Below the pieces are notes generated by a model. That model had not been told where the DNA came from, made no database searches, and saw only the letters and a program-made list of their open reading frames with translations. Source: Thermovirgaceae bacterium (lineage in GTDB: Bacteria > Synergistota > Synergistia > Synergistales > Thermovirgaceae). Taken from it: DNA of 64,000 nt. Within the stretch, counting starts at the first letter, position 1. Every line of letters begins with the position of its first letter. Positions 1-8,816 of this stretch are shown one piece after another. Location of the stretch: contig JAXGNU010000005.1 in assembly GCA_040767805.1 (NCBI GenBank), forward strand, positions 64,001 through 128,000, given 5' to 3'. The position numbers and the translations under genes were made by a program.

Positions 1-14
1 CAACGCTCAAGGAA

Positions 15-557
15 ATGAACCTTAAACCCGAAGATCTTGTCCAATGGCAAATGGAAAACCCCGAGTCGGTCCTTCGCAGGCTCTGGCGCATGGACCCTGC
101 CAACCAGAAAAACGCCTCCGTCATCGCCCTTTACATCCTTCACCAGAACCGTAACATCGAACCCCTCACCGCCTGGCGGGAAGCGGTCTCCTTCGTGTAC
201 TACAGCCGCAAGTACGATGTCCCCCTCACGCTCGCCGTGGCGGTGGGCAACGCCGAGAGCCACTTTGACCCCGAGGCGAGGAGTTCCTACGGCGCCGCCG
301 GGGTCATGCAGGTGGTATGGAGGGTCCATTCGTACCTCCTCGTGGCTCACGCCGGGCTCGAGGCCGAAGAGGACCTCTGTCACCCGGAGAAGGGCGTGTC
401 CGCCGGCATCCTGCTGCTTTCAAGGTACATGAAGACTTACGGCAGCACGAAGAAGGCCCTGGGGAGATACTGCGGCGGGGGCGTCGAGCGGTACTGGTCC
501 AGGGTCTCCAGGGGCATGAAGCAGGTCGCCAGTTACGGCCTGGACCCCGAGATCTGA
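15..557 (+). CDS. Lytic transglycosylase SLT-domain protein (probably 5'-truncated by the window edge)
   Basis: AVGNAESHFDPEARSSYGAAGVMQV is the SLT catalytic ES...GxMQ motif; the frame is open to the window start. Confidence 0.85.
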   Translation: MNLKPEDLVQWQMENPESVLRRLWRMDPANQKNASVIALYILHQNRNIEPLTAWREAVSFVYYSRKYDVPLTLAVAVGNAESHFDPEARSSYGAAGVMQVVWRVHSYLLVAHAGLEAEEDLCHPEKGVSAGILLLSRYMKTYGSTKKALGRYCGGGVERYWSRVSRGMKQVASYGLDPEI

Positions 558-564
558 TCTCTCT

Positions 565-597
565 TTGTCCACAAGATCTTCCCCACCCTGTGGATGC
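565..597. promoter_or_regulatory. Pair of DnaA-box-like 9-mers between convergent genes
   Basis: TTGTCCACA at 565-573 (1 mismatch to TTATCCACA) and TGTGGATGC at 589-597. Confidence 0.45.
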
Positions 598-663
598 CCG
601 CCGGTGAGGCGCGGCGTTCCGAGGGCCTGTGCGCTGTGCAGGCCATGGAAGGCCTTCGAGTCC

Positions 664-1449
664 CTACAGCCTGAATTCGGCGACGACCACGGTGTGGTCC
701 GAGGGCCTTTCCCAGGCTCGGGGTTCCCTGTCGGCGTAACTGTCGACGGAACGCTCGGCCAGCGGGGCCGTGGCAAGAATGTGGTCGATCCTCCAGCCGA
801 TGTTCCTCTCGAGGGAGTTAGGGACCCTGTAATCCCAGAAAGAGTACTCCCCCTCTCCGGGGCGGTGCTTCCTGAAGACGTCCACCAGGCCCAGGGAGCA
901 GAGGCTCCAGAAGGCCTTCCTGACGTCCTCGTGGAAGCAGACATGGTTCTTCTTGTTCCCGGGATTGGTCACGTCCATCTCCGTGGGCGCCACGTTGAGG
1001 TCGCCCACCAGGGCCAGCTGCCCCCCCGGGACCCCCTTGGATCGCAGCAACCCCTCTAGCCTTTTGAAGAACCGGAGTTTCATGGGGTAATCGGGGTTGT
1101 CTATGGTTTTGCCCTGGGGAACGTAGGCGTTGACCACCCGGAGTTCACCGAAGCGGCACCAGGCGATGCGGGTCTTGCCCGAAGGCTCCTCGCCGTCGCC
1201 GAGGCCGAAGCCGTACTCGTCGGGGGGGACCATCGACGCGATGGCCACGCCGTTGTAGGACTTCTCGCCGCTGAAGCAAAGGTGGAAGCCCAGGTCCTCG
1301 AAGAAGGAGGCCGGGAACGAGCTGTCCTCCACCTTCGTCTCCTGGAGGCAGAGGCAGTCCACCCTGTTGCCGGCGAGCCACCTTTCGAGGATGGGCAGCC
1401 GGCTCCTGACGGAATTCACATTGAACGTGGCGATCTTGAAATTGCCCAT
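664..1449 (-). CDS. xth: Exodeoxyribonuclease III
   Basis: ATFNVNS, LQETK, YNGVAI, GDLNVA, GWRIDH and SDH motifs. Confidence 0.95.
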   Translation of the reverse strand: MGNFKIATFNVNSVRSRLPILERWLAGNRVDCLCLQETKVEDSSFPASFFEDLGFHLCFSGEKSYNGVAIASMVPPDEYGFGLGDGEEPSGKTRIAWCRFGELRVVNAYVPQGKTIDNPDYPMKLRFFKRLEGLLRSKGVPGGQLALVGDLNVAPTEMDVTNPGNKKNHVCFHEDVRKAFWSLCSLGLVDVFRKHRPGEGEYSFWDYRVPNSLERNIGWRIDHILATAPLAERSVDSYADREPRAWERPSDHTVVVAEFRL

Positions 1450-1612
1450 GCTTCAACCCCTTCCCGGTCGCCCGTTACGAGGACCTGGTTTTGTATTCAG
1501 GGCGGCGAAGACGAGGCCCTTTTCCCCCGCCGTGACAGTGGGGGCATGCCCTTGGCCTTTCACGTCCTTCAGGCCCAAGCCTCGCGTCTTCCTTTTCACT
1601 ATCTTATTCACT

Positions 1613-2365
1613 TCATAGGCTAATCGAGTACTGGATCGTGACGACGGCCTTCACGGCTTTTTCTATCGTCGACGTGTCGTACCTCCCCCAGTCCTCCACG
1701 TCGGTGGAGAAAAGGGGCGTGATCTGGAATACCCCCTGGCTCGCCGCCCTCAGGGGCCCCACCTTCCCGCCGCTGTTGACGGCCAGCTGCTCCGCCCTCT
1801 GGCGGGCGTTCTTCGTCGCCTCACCCAGCAACCGGATCTTTATGTCCTCGATCCCCGAGTAGTAGTACTCCGGCGAGAAGGAGAAGAACTCCACCCCTTC
1901 CCTTATCAGGGTGGTGGACTCCCTCGAGAGGGACGCCACCAGGTCCACTTCCTTCGACCTCACCGTGACGGTCTGGTCCAGTACGTACTGCTCGATCTCG
2001 TTGGTGTCGTACCCCTGGGAGGTCTTGCGGTACTGGATCATGGTGGTGACGGCCGAGACTTCGATCTCCTCCCTGGCGATGCCGCTCCTCCCCAGGAAGC
2101 CCAGCACCTTCTCCAGGTCCGACTCGAGCCTGGAGTAGGCCTGGACCAGGTCCGCGTCCCTGGTGGTGAAGCGCCCCGTCCAAAGGGCTATGTCCGACCG
2201 TACGTCCAACTGGGCGGTGCCCTTGACGGCAATTGTCTGGTTGGCCAGTTTTACGTTCTTCACCGTGTCCGACACGAGCCATGACGAGAGGACCATTCCC
2301 GCCGCGAGGGCGATGCCGAGAACGACGAGCCCCCCGTTGATGGACCTCTTCCCGCTCTCCTCCAT
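1613..2365 (-). CDS. SIMPL (DUF541) domain periplasmic protein
   Basis: N-terminal TM segment; TIAVKG, 'EATKNARQRAEQLA...KVGPLRAASQGVFQIT' pattern. Confidence 0.85.
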   Translation of the reverse strand: MEESGKRSINGGLVVLGIALAAGMVLSSWLVSDTVKNVKLANQTIAVKGTAQLDVRSDIALWTGRFTTRDADLVQAYSRLESDLEKVLGFLGRSGIAREEIEVSAVTTMIQYRKTSQGYDTNEIEQYVLDQTVTVRSKEVDLVASLSRESTTLIREGVEFFSFSPEYYYSGIEDIKIRLLGEATKNARQRAEQLAVNSGGKVGPLRAASQGVFQITPLFSTDVEDWGRYDTSTIEKAVKAVVTIQYSISL

Positions 2366-2370
2366 GGCGA

Positions 2371-2898
2371 TCAGCCTTCCTTTCCCGTTTTATGGCGGGG
2401 CAGCCCGCCTTCGGAACCGAACTTCTTCCTGTAAAGCGCCATGAGCCTCGCCAGGTCCTCGGCGACGTCGTCCCTTCCCACCGCGGGGCGGACCTCCTCC
2501 AGGCAGGCGGCGACCTCACCGGCGACGGGCTTCAGTGGCTTGGGTTCACGCGACCTTTTCTCGGGGGGTTTCCTCCCGCGGGGCCTCCCGACCCTGGCAC
2601 TGACTCCCGAGACCTCGAGGCCCCATTTTTCCTTCACCCTGGAGGCGATGTCCCCCCCTCTCATGGTTATCTCCTGGCACAGGAGGGGGTCGGAGGCCAC
2701 GACGACGAGGGTGCCGTCGAGCAGTTGCCCCGGGGAACTTCTCCGGGCGAGCTTCGGACCCACCACCTCGCACCACCGGGAGCAGAGGTCGGCGAAGAGG
2801 AGCATCGACGCCTGCTCCCGGGAGAGGGAGGCCATGAGGAGCGACCCGACCTTCGAAAGACCCTGCCGGCTACACCTCGCCCTTTTCCTGGCCGCCAT
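2371..2898 (-). CDS. dciA: DUF721/DciA-family helicase operator
   Basis: WCEVVGPKLARRSSP...GTLVV pattern of DUF721; located downstream of recF in the dnaA operon. Confidence 0.75.
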   Translation of the reverse strand: MAARKRARCSRQGLSKVGSLLMASLSREQASMLLFADLCSRWCEVVGPKLARRSSPGQLLDGTLVVVASDPLLCQEITMRGGDIASRVKEKWGLEVSGVSARVGRPRGRKPPEKRSREPKPLKPVAGEVAACLEEVRPAVGRDDVAEDLARLMALYRKKFGSEGGLPRHKTGKEG

Positions 2899-4780
2899 TG
2901 CCCCTCTCCCTCCGGAGGCGTTCGATGAAGACCTCCAGCAACATTATATCCGCTGGCGTCACCCCCGATATCCTCCCCGCCTGCCCAAGGTTCCTGGGGC
3001 GGACCGCCTCCAGTTTCTGCCTGCTCTCGTCGAGGAGGCCCGTCACGGAAGAGTAGTCCAGCTCCTCGGGTACGCACACCTGTTCCATTCTCTTCATCCT
3101 CTCCACCTGGGAGAGCTGCCGGGCCACGTACCCCTCGTACTTGATCTCCACCTGGGCCCGTTCCGTAATCTCCCGGTCAAGGGGTTCCGGCGGCGGCGCG
3201 GCACGGGCCACCATCTCCCAGGTCACGCCGGGCCTCTTCAGCAATTCGGCGGCGGTGACGCCGGGCTGGGACGAACCGCTCCCGGCCCCCCCCAGGACCG
3301 TCTCCACCAACCCAGCGTCGCGGATCCTGGTGTTTTTCAGCCTATCGATCTCCCCGTCCAGGGCGGCCCACCGGGTCTTTAGGACCTTCCAGCGGCGGTG
3401 GTCCAGCAGGCCGAGCCTCCTCGCTACGGGGGCCAACCGCCTGTCGGCGTTGTCGTGCCTCAGCAGGAGCCTGTACTCGCAGCGGCTGGTGAGCATCCTG
3501 TAGGGTTCGTCGGTCCCCCGGGTGACGAGGTCGTCCACGAGCACCCCCAGGTATCCCCGGGACCTCTCGATCACCAGCGGCTCCTCCCCCCGGGTCGAAA
3601 GGGCCGCGTTGATGCCGGCCAGGACCCCCTGGGCGGCGGCTTCCTCGTAGCCCGAGGTGCCGTTGACCTGCCCCGCGCAGAAGAGACCCCCGATGCCTTT
3701 CACTTCCAGCCAGGGCTCCAGCTGGGTGGGGGGGATGAAGTCGTACTCGATCCCGTAGCCGGGCCTCATTATCCTGGCCTTCCCACACCCGGGGAGGGAC
3801 CGGACCATCTTCAACTGGACGTCGAGGGGGAGGCCGGTGGTGAAGTTCTGCATGTAGATCTCAACGCTCTCCCTGCCTACGGGTTCGAGGAAGACCGGGT
3901 GGCTCTCCTTCTCGGGGAACCGGGCCACCCTTTCTTCGATGGAGGTGCAGTACCTGGGTCCCTTGACCTCGCCCGTCTCGAGGGATTCGGGCGACCTTTC
4001 CTGGCAGTCCCTGATGATCCGGTGGGTCTCCACGCCGGTCCTGGTGGAGTAGCAGGCGTGGCCGCTGTAGACCCTCGGGGTCCCCCAATGGCTGAAGCAG
4101 TGGGGTTCGGCGTCGCTCTCCTGCCTGGTGAGGGAGCCCCAGTCGACGCTGCCGGCGTGGATCCTGGGGGTAGTGCCCGTCCTCAGCCTCCCGACCTGGA
4201 GGCCCGCCCCCCGGAGGTCCGCGCCGAGGGCCTCGGTGGAGACCTGTCCCAGCGGCCCCGACGGGAAGGAGACCTGCCCGATATGGACCCTCCCGCCTAG
4301 GAAGGTCCCCGTGGCGATGACGACCGCCCGGGCCTCGTAGAGGGTGCCCATCCTGGTCCTCAGGCCCCTGACCCTCCCGCCATCGACCCAAAGGCCGGTG
4401 ACCTCGTCCTGCATGACCTCGAGCCCGGCCTGGCCGTCGCAGGCCCTTCTATACCAGCGGTGGTAGTCGCCCAGGTCGCACTGGGCCCTCAGGGCCCTGA
4501 CGGCCGCGCCCTTGGAGGTGTTGAGCATCCTGATGTGGAGGGTGGAGGCGTCGGCGGCGGCGCCCTGTTCACCGCCGAGGGCGTCCACCTCCCGGGTGAG
4601 GTGCCCCTTGGCCGGGCCCCCGATGGAGGGGTTGCAGGGCATCATGGCCGCGTTGTCCAGCAGGAGGTTGAGCAGGAGGGTCCTCGCCCCCATCCTGGCC
4701 GAAGCCAGGGCGGCCTCGCACCCGGCGTGGCCGCCGCCCACCACTATGACATCGAAGGGACCGTCACGCCGCATCGACAC
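2870..4780 (-). CDS. mnmG: tRNA uridine-5-carboxymethylaminomethyl modification enzyme MnmG (GidA)
   Basis: VVGGGHAGCEAA, MPCNPSIGGPAKG, AGQVNGTSGYEEAAAQG, EPYRMLTSR, IKYEGY. Confidence 0.97.
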   Translation of the reverse strand: MSMRRDGPFDVIVVGGGHAGCEAALASARMGARTLLLNLLLDNAAMMPCNPSIGGPAKGHLTREVDALGGEQGAAADASTLHIRMLNTSKGAAVRALRAQCDLGDYHRWYRRACDGQAGLEVMQDEVTGLWVDGGRVRGLRTRMGTLYEARAVVIATGTFLGGRVHIGQVSFPSGPLGQVSTEALGADLRGAGLQVGRLRTGTTPRIHAGSVDWGSLTRQESDAEPHCFSHWGTPRVYSGHACYSTRTGVETHRIIRDCQERSPESLETGEVKGPRYCTSIEERVARFPEKESHPVFLEPVGRESVEIYMQNFTTGLPLDVQLKMVRSLPGCGKARIMRPGYGIEYDFIPPTQLEPWLEVKGIGGLFCAGQVNGTSGYEEAAAQGVLAGINAALSTRGEEPLVIERSRGYLGVLVDDLVTRGTDEPYRMLTSRCEYRLLLRHDNADRRLAPVARRLGLLDHRRWKVLKTRWAALDGEIDRLKNTRIRDAGLVETVLGGAGSGSSQPGVTAAELLKRPGVTWEMVARAAPPPEPLDREITERAQVEIKYEGYVARQLSQVERMKRMEQVCVPEELDYSSVTGLLDESRQKLEAVRPRNLGQAGRISGVTPADIMLLEVFIERLRRERGNGGQEKGEV

Positions 4781-5819
4781 ACCCCCCTTCCACGGACCAG
4801 ACCTTCCCGGGCCATTCGGGTGCGCAGGCCTCCGCCGTGGCGGCGAAGACTTGCCAGCCAGTGCGGAGGAGGACCTCGATGAGCCTCTCTCTCCCCTCCA
4901 GGTCCAGTTCGGCCATGACCTCGTCGAGGAGGAGGATGGGCTTTCTCCGCATCTTCCTCTCCACGGCCCATCCCGAGGAGATCAAGAGGGCTATGGCGAC
5001 CCTCCTCCTGTAGCCGCGGCTGAAACACCGTGCCACGTCCTTTTCGCCGAAGCGGATGAGGAGGTCGTCCCTGTGGGGCCCGACGGGGCAGGCGCCCATG
5101 CCCCTCTCGTGACCCTGGCAGGCCTCGAGGGACTCCCAGAAGTCGAGGTGAAGGTCTTCGAGCCCCTTGCCTCCCCTCTTGAGTTCCACCGTGACGCCCT
5201 GGGGGAGAAGGCCCCCGCCGTTTTCGAGGCCCTTGCGGAGGAGGTCCGTGGCGGTGAGCCGGCAGGCCCATATCCAGGCCGCCAGGGGGGCCATGACCCT
5301 GGCGGTGGCGGCCAGGTTCCTTCCCTGCCGGAGGGCGGCGTTCCTTTGCCTCAGGGCCTTGCCGTACTCGTGGAGCCTCAAGGCGTACACGGGGAAAAGG
5401 AGGGCGCAAAGACGGTCCACGAGCCGCCTTCTCGTCGCCGGGGAACCCTCCACCAGCGAGAGGTCGTTGGGAAGGAAGATCAGCGAGGGGACCAGGGGCC
5501 TGAGCTGGGAAGACCGTATTGAAGACCCTCCCTTCTTCGCTACGATGCGGGCGCCGATGCCGACCCTGACGTCGAGGGCTTCTTCCCCTTCGAAGCCGGC
5601 GGAGAGGAAGGTTCCCCTGCCTGGGTCGGACCAGCTGCGGAGGTCGGAGGTCCTCTCTCCCCTTAGGGACCCCCACCCCGTCAGCACGTGGAGCGCCTCG
5701 AGAATATTGGTCTTTCCGGAACCGTTCGGACCCAGAAGCAGGTGAAGCCCCTCCGCCCATTGCAGGCGCCGGGGCTTCAGGTTTCTGAATCCTTCCCATT
5801 GGGTGACCGCGATCTTCAT
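4764..5819 (-). CDS. recF: DNA replication/repair protein RecF
   Basis: FRNL, GPNGSGKTNILEA, GPHRDDL, PILLLDEVMAELD; follows dnaN. Confidence 0.95.
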   Translation of the reverse strand: MKIAVTQWEGFRNLKPRRLQWAEGLHLLLGPNGSGKTNILEALHVLTGWGSLRGERTSDLRSWSDPGRGTFLSAGFEGEEALDVRVGIGARIVAKKGGSSIRSSQLRPLVPSLIFLPNDLSLVEGSPATRRRLVDRLCALLFPVYALRLHEYGKALRQRNAALRQGRNLAATARVMAPLAAWIWACRLTATDLLRKGLENGGGLLPQGVTVELKRGGKGLEDLHLDFWESLEACQGHERGMGACPVGPHRDDLLIRFGEKDVARCFSRGYRRRVAIALLISSGWAVERKMRRKPILLLDEVMAELDLEGRERLIEVLLRTGWQVFAATAEACAPEWPGKVWSVEGGCVDAA

Positions 5820-6958
5820 GCCGTCTCTTGCCCGCTCTCCTCCTCGGGAAGGGTTATGGGCATCAGGACGTAGAGGAAGCTGTCCTCCCTCGGCCTGGAT
5901 AGGGTCATCTGGCCGTTGGGGCCGTTGAAGGACAGGTGCGCCACAGTGCCGTGAAGGGCTTTCAGCCCTTCCAGCAGGTACTTCACGTTGAAGGCTATCC
6001 TGATGGGTTCCCCATCGCAGTCGCCGGCGATCTCCTCGAAGGCCTCGCCCACCTCGGGGGCTTTGGCCCGCATCTTGAGGTTACCGGCGGGGGCGAACTC
6101 GAGGACGACCATTCGACTGAAATCGCGCACCACCACCTCGGCCCTCTCGAGGGCCTCGATGAAGAGATCCCGGTCGATGGTCAACCAGGATGTCCTGTCC
6201 GTGGAAAGGACCTTTTCGTAGGGTGGGAACCTCGATTCCACCCTCCTCACGGAAAACTCGATACTTTTCGTCTTGAAGTAGACCTGGGCGTCGTCTTTAA
6301 GGACGACGACCTCCTCATCGCCCTCTACAGCGGAGAGGGCCCTCTGGAGTTCCCTCAGCCCGGCAAGGGGGAGCAGCACCTGGTCCGGTTCCCCCTCCAC
6401 GGTGACTACGCCCTGGGAGAGGGAAAGCCTCCTGCCGTCGGTGGATACCACCCTGACCTTGTCCTCGATGGTCTGGACCAGGCCGGCGCTAAGGTACTGG
6501 GGAAATTCCTCCCCCGGCGACCCCGAGAAGGTGCCCTCCTCGAGGAGCCTCTTCAGGTCGACGCACTCCACCCGGAAAAAGGGCTGGGCCTTGTCCGAGG
6601 TCGGCAATTTCGGAAATTCCGTTACGGGATAGGTGGCGAAAGAATAGACACTGGCGCCGGAGACGACCGTGGCCTTCCCCTTGTCCACCTCGACGGTGAA
6701 GTTCTCCCCGGGGGCTTTCTTGAAGAACTCGCCGATGTTCTTGACGGGGAAAATGGAACCCCCTTCCCGGAGAACCTCCACCCCGTCGGCGTCGCAGCTT
6801 ATCGAGGTCTTGAGATCGGTCGCCTTCAGGAACACCCCTTCAGCCGAAGCCTCGCACTTGACGCCGGTGAGGACCGAGATGGTGCTCCTCTGGCCCGCGC
6901 TCCTTTCCGCCAGGTTCCAACTTTTCAGGAACTTCGCCTTGTCCACGAGGAGCTTCAA
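5816..6958 (-). CDS. dnaN: DNA polymerase III beta sliding clamp
   Basis: ATDL, STDGRRL, FPPYEKV, IAFNVKYLLE, YVLMP; 380 aa; follows dnaA. Confidence 0.97.
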   Translation of the reverse strand: MKLLVDKAKFLKSWNLAERSAGQRSTISVLTGVKCEASAEGVFLKATDLKTSISCDADGVEVLREGGSIFPVKNIGEFFKKAPGENFTVEVDKGKATVVSGASVYSFATYPVTEFPKLPTSDKAQPFFRVECVDLKRLLEEGTFSGSPGEEFPQYLSAGLVQTIEDKVRVVSTDGRRLSLSQGVVTVEGEPDQVLLPLAGLRELQRALSAVEGDEEVVVLKDDAQVYFKTKSIEFSVRRVESRFPPYEKVLSTDRTSWLTIDRDLFIEALERAEVVVRDFSRMVVLEFAPAGNLKMRAKAPEVGEAFEEIAGDCDGEPIRIAFNVKYLLEGLKALHGTVAHLSFNGPNGQMTLSRPREDSFLYVLMPITLPEEESGQETA

Positions 6959-6959
6959 G

Positions 6960-7180
6960 GTGGCACCACTCCCTTCTTCTTATCACTTATATATGAAATA
7001 AATAAGTAGGTCTAGTAGTAAGGGTGTGATTCATGGGGATAACTGTCGAAACCCATGGAGCCCCCGTTTTTTTCCTGTGGGTATCATCGCCGGAAATTGT
7101 GGAGACCCTTCCACATGGCCGCTCCTTTTCGCGTCGGGGGAGAGGGTTCTGTGGAGTACTTTCCCAGGAACACACCGGGT
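6960..7180. other. oriC unwinding region (dnaA-dnaN intergenic): tandem DnaA boxes, GC cluster, DnaA-trios, AT-rich tract
   Basis: Minus strand from 7042 reads TTATCCCCA-TGAATCACA-CCC-TTACTACTAGACCTACTTATTTATTTCATATATAAG; further boxes at 7076-7084, 7098-7106, 7107-7115, 7150-7158. Confidence 0.9.
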
Positions 7181-8500
7181 TCACAACTTTTCCCTGAGGT
7201 TGTCCACCATGCCCTTCATGTTCGGGTCTTTCTTTATGGATTCCTCGATCTTCCTGCAGGCGTGGATCACGGTGGTGTGGTCCTTCCTGTTGAAGGCGTA
7301 GCCGATCTGCTGGAGCGTTGTGCCCGTCAGGTCCCTGCTGAGGTACATGGCCACCTGCCGGGCCAGGGCTATCTCGGAGGTCCTCTTGTTGCCCGAAAGG
7401 GAGGAAACGGGTATGCCGAAGGACTCGGCCGTCACCTGCTGGATGAGATCGATGGTCACCTGGCCCCGGGAGGACCGCCGGATGAGGTCCTTGAGCCATC
7501 GCGAGGCGTTCTCCACGGTCACCGATTCATTGTTCAGTTCGGCGAAGAACATGACGCTGTTCAGGGAGCCCTCCAGCTCGCGGATGTTGCTGGGTATATT
7601 CTGGGCCAGGAAGTCGATCACGTCGTCGGGGATGAAGTAGTTCCTCAGGGCCGCCTTCTTTTTGAGGATGGCGATCCTGGTCTCCAGGTCGGGGGGTTGT
7701 ATGTCCGTGACCAGGCCCCACTCGAAACGGCTCACCAGCCGCTCCTCGATGTTGTGTATGTCCTTGGGGGGCTTGTCGGAGGTGAGGACGATCTGCTTCT
7801 TGGCGTCGTGGAGGCTGTTGAAGGTGTGGAAGAACTCCTCCTGGGTGCTCTCCTTGTTGGCGAGGAAGTGGATGTCGTCGATGAGAAGGACGTCGACGCC
7901 GCGGTACTTCTGCTTGAATTCGTGGGTCTTGTTATTCTGGATGGAGAGGATGAATTCGTTGATGAACTTCTCGGAACTGATATAGGCTATCTTGATCCCC
8001 TCGTTGTGCCGGGCGACGAAGTTGCCGATGGCGTGGAGGAGGTGGGTCTTCCCCAGGCCGACGCCTCCCCAGAAGAAGAGGGGGTTGTAGGCGACGCCGG
8101 GGGATTCGGCCACGGCGAGGCTGGCGGCGTGGGCGAGCCGGTTGGACTTGCCCACCACGAAGGAGTCGAACTGGTAGTCGGGGTTGAGGCCGTTCCTGGG
8201 CCTCTCCGCTTCCCGGGAGATCCGCTCGGCCCGCTTGATCTCGTCCTTCTTGGCGCCGCCCACCTCGAGGACGATCTTGTCGGCCAGCCCCCTCTGGGAG
8301 GAAAGGGCGGTGAGCTTCTCGATGAACCTCGACTGGATCTGCTCCCTCACGAAGACGTTCGGGACGTCCAGCGTGAGCACCTTGCCCTCCAGGGAGACGG
8401 GGAGACACGTCTTGAGCCAGATGTCCGCGGCTCCCTTGGGCAGACTCTCCTCGGCTATCCCGAGGATCTCTCTCCAGACCTGATCGGTTTTTTCCTGCAA
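7181..8500 (-). CDS. dnaA: Chromosomal replication initiator DnaA
   Basis: YNPLFFWGGVGLGKTHL, LLIDDI, QEEFFHTFN, NIRELEG, RKDHTTVIHA; TTG start with GAGGTG RBS. Confidence 0.99.
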   Translation of the reverse strand: MQEKTDQVWREILGIAEESLPKGAADIWLKTCLPVSLEGKVLTLDVPNVFVREQIQSRFIEKLTALSSQRGLADKIVLEVGGAKKDEIKRAERISREAERPRNGLNPDYQFDSFVVGKSNRLAHAASLAVAESPGVAYNPLFFWGGVGLGKTHLLHAIGNFVARHNEGIKIAYISSEKFINEFILSIQNNKTHEFKQKYRGVDVLLIDDIHFLANKESTQEEFFHTFNSLHDAKKQIVLTSDKPPKDIHNIEERLVSRFEWGLVTDIQPPDLETRIAILKKKAALRNYFIPDDVIDFLAQNIPSNIRELEGSLNSVMFFAELNNESVTVENASRWLKDLIRRSSRGQVTIDLIQQVTAESFGIPVSSLSGNKRTSEIALARQVAMYLSRDLTGTTLQQIGYAFNRKDHTTVIHACRKIEESIKKDPNMKGMVDNLREKL

Positions 8501-8556
8501 GGGGGCTCACCTCACGACCTTTTTGGACCGATGGCGAAGTCAATATTACCATATTT

Positions 8557-8742
8557 GAATCCACAAATTTTATCCACATATCCACATTTTGTTCATAATG
8601 CCCGGATAAGGGGAAAAACCCGCAGGGTGATGTATGTTTTCAAACTGGTCGTAAAAAAAATACTATTTGACCAATCGTAATTAAGCCGGTCCTTTCGGGC
8701 CGAAAAGTTGTTCGCATTCCTGTTCACATCGGCTGTGGATTT
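8557..8742. promoter_or_regulatory. DnaA-box cluster upstream of dnaA (autoregulation / second half of a bipartite oriC)
   Basis: GAATCCACA 8557-8565, perfect TTATCCACA 8570-8578, ATATCCACA 8578-8586, CTGTTCACA 8720-8728, TGTGGATTT 8734-8742, all in AT-rich DNA. Confidence 0.9.
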
Positions 8743-8816
8743 CTGGCCTATAATACCGGTAGCCCGCCGCCGCCCCGCGGGGCGCCGATCCTCGGGCTGG
8801 GAAGGAGGCCCCTACC

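Noticed and set aside
7055..8680. Long antisense ORFs (541 aa opposite dnaA; also 58712-60112, 21340-22518, 28507-29682)
   Set aside because: Shadow frames of GC-rich genes with no recognisable motifs
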